Shown here one piece after another: positions 25,043-27,585 of a DNA stretch of 27,585 nt. The notes under the pieces were generated by a model. The model made no database searches. It was not told the DNA's origin and was given only the letters and a program-made list of their open reading frames with translations. The position numbers and the translations under genes are program-made. This DNA comes from Candidatus Thorarchaeota archaeon (GTDB taxonomy: Archaea; Asgardarchaeota; Thorarchaeia; Thorarchaeales; Thorarchaeaceae): assembly GCA_048882045.1 (NCBI GenBank), contig JBHLRZ010000037.1:1-27585 (forward strand), read 5' to 3'. How positions within the stretch are numbered: the first letter of the stretch is position 1; each line of letters opens with the position of its first letter.

Positions 25043-26530
25043 GTGAAGCCACTGGGAACAATAACTATGTGTTTCCCCCATGTCGACGAATCCACGAGGG
25101 CTACGTTGAGGTCATTAATGGAAGAAGCTGAGAACTATGCTGATTTCACTGATAGACTCTGTGACAGAGTCTGTGAAGAGCCTTCGCCACCATTACTCAA
25201 ATACTTCTCTGTCTTCTTTGCCTTTCATATAGAATGGTATAATCCAGTCGATAGATTGGAATCGGCGGGAAACATAACTGCTTTGGCTTTACCAATAGTC
25301 CTACTAATCAGGGGACGAAGAGCTGATCCGGTTAGCTGGGATGAAATGAGAGCAGCTATGATAAGAGCATTAGAACTGGCTCCTAATGACTGGATTGCAA
25401 GTCATCTCTATCTTACTTGGAGATTCAAGGCGGAGATTCTTTATCCAGAGTGCGATGTTGATATTCGGCCAATAGACGCCATCGCAGCCACTGTGAGAGA
25501 GAATAGGGATTTAGCATTCTTCGAAGCATATCTTCTTCAATTTGATGCACTAGGTTATTTCAGAGAAAACAAGGGAACAGACGCCATAGCAAAGTTAGAA
25601 CAAGCCCTAGCTGTTGCAAGGAAGTTCGATGATCAGATATTGATGGTTGATTATCTCCTCGATCTTGCCAGTAATATCAAACATACTGACATGAAAAGGG
25701 CGATGCACTACTTCACCTTATGCAGAGAGCTCGGCGAAGAATTGGGGTATAAGGACCGAGTTGCAATGGTTCACCATCAAATGGGCCACATAAAAGGCAT
25801 GAGGGGTGAAATAGATGCAGCAATAGAAAGTCAAATTGAATACAAAGCAGTCCGAGAATCATTGGGGCTCCCAACCGAGTACATGAGTTCTGTTATTGCA
25901 TTTTACTACAATCAAATCGGAGATGGAGAGAAGGCCTTTGAACATGCAAAGATAATTCTTGATTTTGAAGGTTCGGTACTCAGACATCTTGCTTACACTC
26001 GTGCTCAACTAGTTTGGTCTTTGATTAATCTAGGAAGGTTAGAAGAAGCCAAGGTTGAGCTAGCGGAAGCCCTGACAATTGCCAATAAATCTGGAGATAT
26101 TTCACAGATTGTGTGGGTTCGGATGGTCGAGGGTATCTTAGACAAAGTTGAGGGTAGTTTTGACAGTGCGATTGAATGCTTTACTGAAGTACTAAGTCAT
26201 CTCGAAGAAAGACCAATCCCTCTCTTGGTGAATATCTGTCTTCTAAACCTCTCTGAGATAGAAATCGAGATGCTTACTCATGAATCACTTGCAAAAAATG
26301 CTGAAACGTCTGGCCCCTGGATGCAAAAGTTGATGGAACATGCAGAGAAGAATGATCTCCCTGGTATTTCAGCTCGTTCATTGCTGTTGAAGGCAGAGCT
26401 GCGTAGAAGACAGGGACGGAGCAATGATGTTAGAAAGTTGATTGATAAGGTTCAAGAAACTGCTAAAGCTCCAAGCATGAGATATCTCAAAGATCTTTCA
26501 ATTTCTATGTTTCCTGAGATAGTGAGTTAG
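25043..26530 (+). CDS. TPR-like alpha-solenoid protein
   Basis: Repeated helical hairpins (AIAKLEQALAVARK, MGHIKGMRGEIDAAIE, IGDGEKAFEHAK, LGRLEEAKVELAEALTIA, EGSFDSAIECF). No catalytic motif seen. Confidence 0.8.
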   Translation: MKPLGTITMCFPHVDESTRATLRSLMEEAENYADFTDRLCDRVCEEPSPPLLKYFSVFFAFHIEWYNPVDRLESAGNITALALPIVLLIRGRRADPVSWDEMRAAMIRALELAPNDWIASHLYLTWRFKAEILYPECDVDIRPIDAIAATVRENRDLAFFEAYLLQFDALGYFRENKGTDAIAKLEQALAVARKFDDQILMVDYLLDLASNIKHTDMKRAMHYFTLCRELGEELGYKDRVAMVHHQMGHIKGMRGEIDAAIESQIEYKAVRESLGLPTEYMSSVIAFYYNQIGDGEKAFEHAKIILDFEGSVLRHLAYTRAQLVWSLINLGRLEEAKVELAEALTIANKSGDISQIVWVRMVEGILDKVEGSFDSAIECFTEVLSHLEERPIPLLVNICLLNLSEIEIEMLTHESLAKNAETSGPWMQKLMEHAEKNDLPGISARSLLLKAELRRRQGRSNDVRKLIDKVQETAKAPSMRYLKDLSISMFPEIVS

Positions 26531-26577
26531 TTGAACTAGTTTTCGAAAATCAAAGTATAGCTAGAACCCAGAAGGAC

Positions 26578-27585
26578 TCACTCCTTCCTCAGAAGAATGG
26601 GTCCCCCAACAAAGATCACCACTGCTGCACCCACAATACCACCACAGATTACCAGCGTGTCACTATAATCATGGTCAGTATTGGTCGGTGTGCTTGTGGG
26701 AGGAACCTCTTCAGGGAAGTAGTAAAATGATGGATTTGCGGATAGTTCAACAAATTCTCCTTCCTCCCAGTCTGTTAGTACAAACGGTCCCGCGGTTATG
26801 TATGGTTCTGCAGGATTGAAAACGGGATTCCATGTATTCCATCCTTCATATCCTATTCCGTCCACATTGTTGAAGATGTGTTCGGGAATTATCCTAGTAT
26901 ACGCAATGTTGGAGAAGTGCCAGTACGACTCGGTACTAAACTCAAGAACTGCTCTGTATCGAGTTGGTGAATAGGCTGCCACCAAGTCGACTAGACCTAC
27001 AGCCTTGGGGTTTCCCAAAAAACCAGTCTCGCGTAAATACATGAAGGTGAAAACAACATCCTTAGCTGTCAAAGGTGTGTCATCACTCCATGTAGCATTC
27101 TGGATGATATCAACAGTGAAACGGGTGTTTCCTTCTTGCACCGCTTGATTCTCAGAATGAGTTTCCATCAGCATATCTTCTGCAAGGTATGGCCAAGGAT
27201 CCATATTTGGATCTCTCGAATAGAGTGTTGGCCAGAGATTGATCAAAATATCTTCCTCGTATGCGCTCCAACACGTGAAGATATTGAATGTCGTAGGGTA
27301 ATGCCACCCTACTCTGACTGTTCCACCAGATGTTCCATCTATCTTGTGAATCTTCCTCAATGTCCAATGACTTCCGATCCATCGTCCAAGGTCTGATATA
27401 TGACCTGTATATTCATCGGTTCGATATGGTTGATGTAGAATGTTCTCATACGCTACCACAAGAGGTACATTCTCATGAAGAATCAATTGCATAGCTGCAG
27501 CTGCCTCATATACTGCCTCGTAGCTACTATTGTATAGGAGCTGCTCACACCATGAATCGAATGTATCATTTTGGAAATTGGTTGG
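26578..27585 (-). CDS. Family 5 (OppA/DppA-like) ABC substrate-binding protein, C-terminal part with TM anchor; runs off the right edge
   Basis: The frame is open to the window end (PTNFQNDTFDSWCEQLL...AAAAMQLILHENVP). Motifs PWPYLAE, NATWSDDTPLTAKDVVFTF, IIPEHIF, AGPFVLTDWEEGEFVEL.ANP.FY; Thr-rich linker and C-terminal TM. Confidence 0.9.
   Translation of the reverse strand, partial: PTNFQNDTFDSWCEQLLYNSSYEAVYEAAAAMQLILHENVPLVVAYENILHQPYRTDEYTGHISDLGRWIGSHWTLRKIHKIDGTSGGTVRVGWHYPTTFNIFTCWSAYEEDILINLWPTLYSRDPNMDPWPYLAEDMLMETHSENQAVQEGNTRFTVDIIQNATWSDDTPLTAKDVVFTFMYLRETGFLGNPKAVGLVDLVAAYSPTRYRAVLEFSTESYWHFSNIAYTRIIPEHIFNNVDGIGYEGWNTWNPVFNPAEPYITAGPFVLTDWEEGEFVELSANPSFYYFPEEVPPTSTPTNTDHDYSDTLVICGGIVGAAVVIFVGGPILLRKE

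Noticed and set aside
857-27396. Numerous short ORFs (60-160 aa) in the six-frame track antisense to or nested in longer genes (e.g. 1551..1823, 8923..9276, 17682..18164, 19066..19386, 23134..23436)
   Set aside because: They are shadow ORFs of well-supported genes on the opposite strand or frame, with no motifs or SD signals.

Overview
Gene-dense archaeal chromosomal window, most consistent with an Asgard archaeon (Thorarchaeia-like). This is inferred from a Rab-like GTPase domain, three longin/uDENN-type proteins, F420-dependent Mtd, tungsten-type AOR, geranylgeranyl reductase and C-terminally anchored Ig-repeat surface proteins. I saw no rRNA, tRNA, CRISPR or transposase. The most striking locus is 14076-17155 (-): two paralogous longin + tandem winged-helix proteins resembling GATOR1 NPRL2/NPRL3 lie directly upstream of a MinD/ParA-family ATPase, and the longer one overlaps it. 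Divergent from them is an MFS-like transporter fused to a helix-hairpin-helix domain, and nearby is a uDENN/longin + zinc-ribbon (TackOD1-like) protein. Also notable are a probable Rab-like pseudo-GTPase with a long acidic linker, two small ORFs missing from the ORF track, and a pair of ribbon-helix-helix paralogs with shared upstream repeats. All family assignments come from motif recognition by eye, not from database searches.
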